DNA of 63,993 nt, the filler included, from Octopus bimaculoides (lineage: Eukaryota), in the NCBI RefSeq assembly GCF_001194135.2. It is 6 parts of 6 records of this genome, joined end to end, with 100 filler letters (N's around TTAATTAATTAA, not from the genome) between each part and the next. Parts side by side here need not be neighbours in the genome. Positions count along the whole stretch, not along the records: positions 62,588 to 63,993 come from NC_068986.1; 5 more parts are not named here. One strand, written 5' to 3'. Below, piece after piece: positions 63,301 to 63,993 of this stretch. Below the pieces are notes generated by a model. It did no database searches. It was given only the letters and a program-made list of their open reading frames with translations, and had not been told where the DNA came from. A program made the position numbers and the translations under genes. The first letter of the stretch is position 1, and each line of letters starts with the position of its first letter.

Positions 63301-63993
63301 CGTCTCGATCACCAACCGCATTAATCTTATCAGTCTGTGTCGGTGCTGCAAAGGTCATGTTCTGCTACAGCATCTGTAAATCCATGCTTGCAGTCAATGA
63401 ACTAAGTGGTTCTTTCTGTTGTGTGCAAGCAAACCACATAATATCTTCTGTAAGGAAGTTTATGTCATTTGAATCCGTTCGATGAAATTTATAAATAACA
63501 TGTCTAGTCTTAAAAAAAAAAAAAATGTTTGTCTGTGAAAATCAAATTCTATCCCGAGGCAAAAAGAAAAAAAGAAAGAAAGAAAATAGCAATAACTGCA
63601 GCAACAAAAATAACAGCACAAGTTTAACAAATAGAAAACATAATTAATTCTTTTTAAGAGAAATATTTGGTCCAAATATGGGAACCAAAAATTAATTCCC
63701 TCTGTCAATACTTTCATTATATGAGGTATCATATTACATTGGATTTTAAATGACGTGAACAAAAATCACTGACAAAACACACTGAAACAACCCTGATAAT
63801 TTTTTAGCATTTGCATAGACTTCAAATATGTAAATAATTGAGCGACTGTTTGGTTTTTAATTTGGGTTTTGGGTTAGGTTTGGACTTGGGCTTGGCTGTG
63901 TTTAGTTTGTTGTTTTAAACTCAGCGTATGAATTCTATATTGCATAAACTCGTGCAGGTCAATAAGGAAGAGGTAGAAAATTAGGACATTTTA

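Noticed and set aside
63850-63900. Interstitial telomeric repeat
   Set aside because: Only a few degenerate TTGGGY/TTAGG words are present, too short to be meaningful.

Overview
This is an AT-rich, gap-ridden, microsatellite-saturated animal genomic window. The SINE repertoire and repeat style suggest an octopus-type cephalopod draft assembly (inference). Almost all ORF-track entries are microsatellite or N-gap artefacts, and no host protein-coding gene is confidently identifiable; only weak splice-signal exon candidates exist. The window is a transposon graveyard: four tRNA/CORE-type SINE families, several R4/Dong-type REL LINE fragments, RTE fragments, Tc1/mariner/pogo fossils and MITEs, two hAT elements and a Penelope-like retroelement (RT + GIY-YIG). 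The most notable signals are (i) several minimal type I hammerhead ribozyme motifs, one in an inverted pseudo-LTR of the Penelope-like element and a dispersed repeat family with two near-intact copies, (ii) a 213-codon ORF stitched in frame from scrambled R4/Dong pieces, and (iii) recurrent inverted-repeat arrangements able to form dsRNA.
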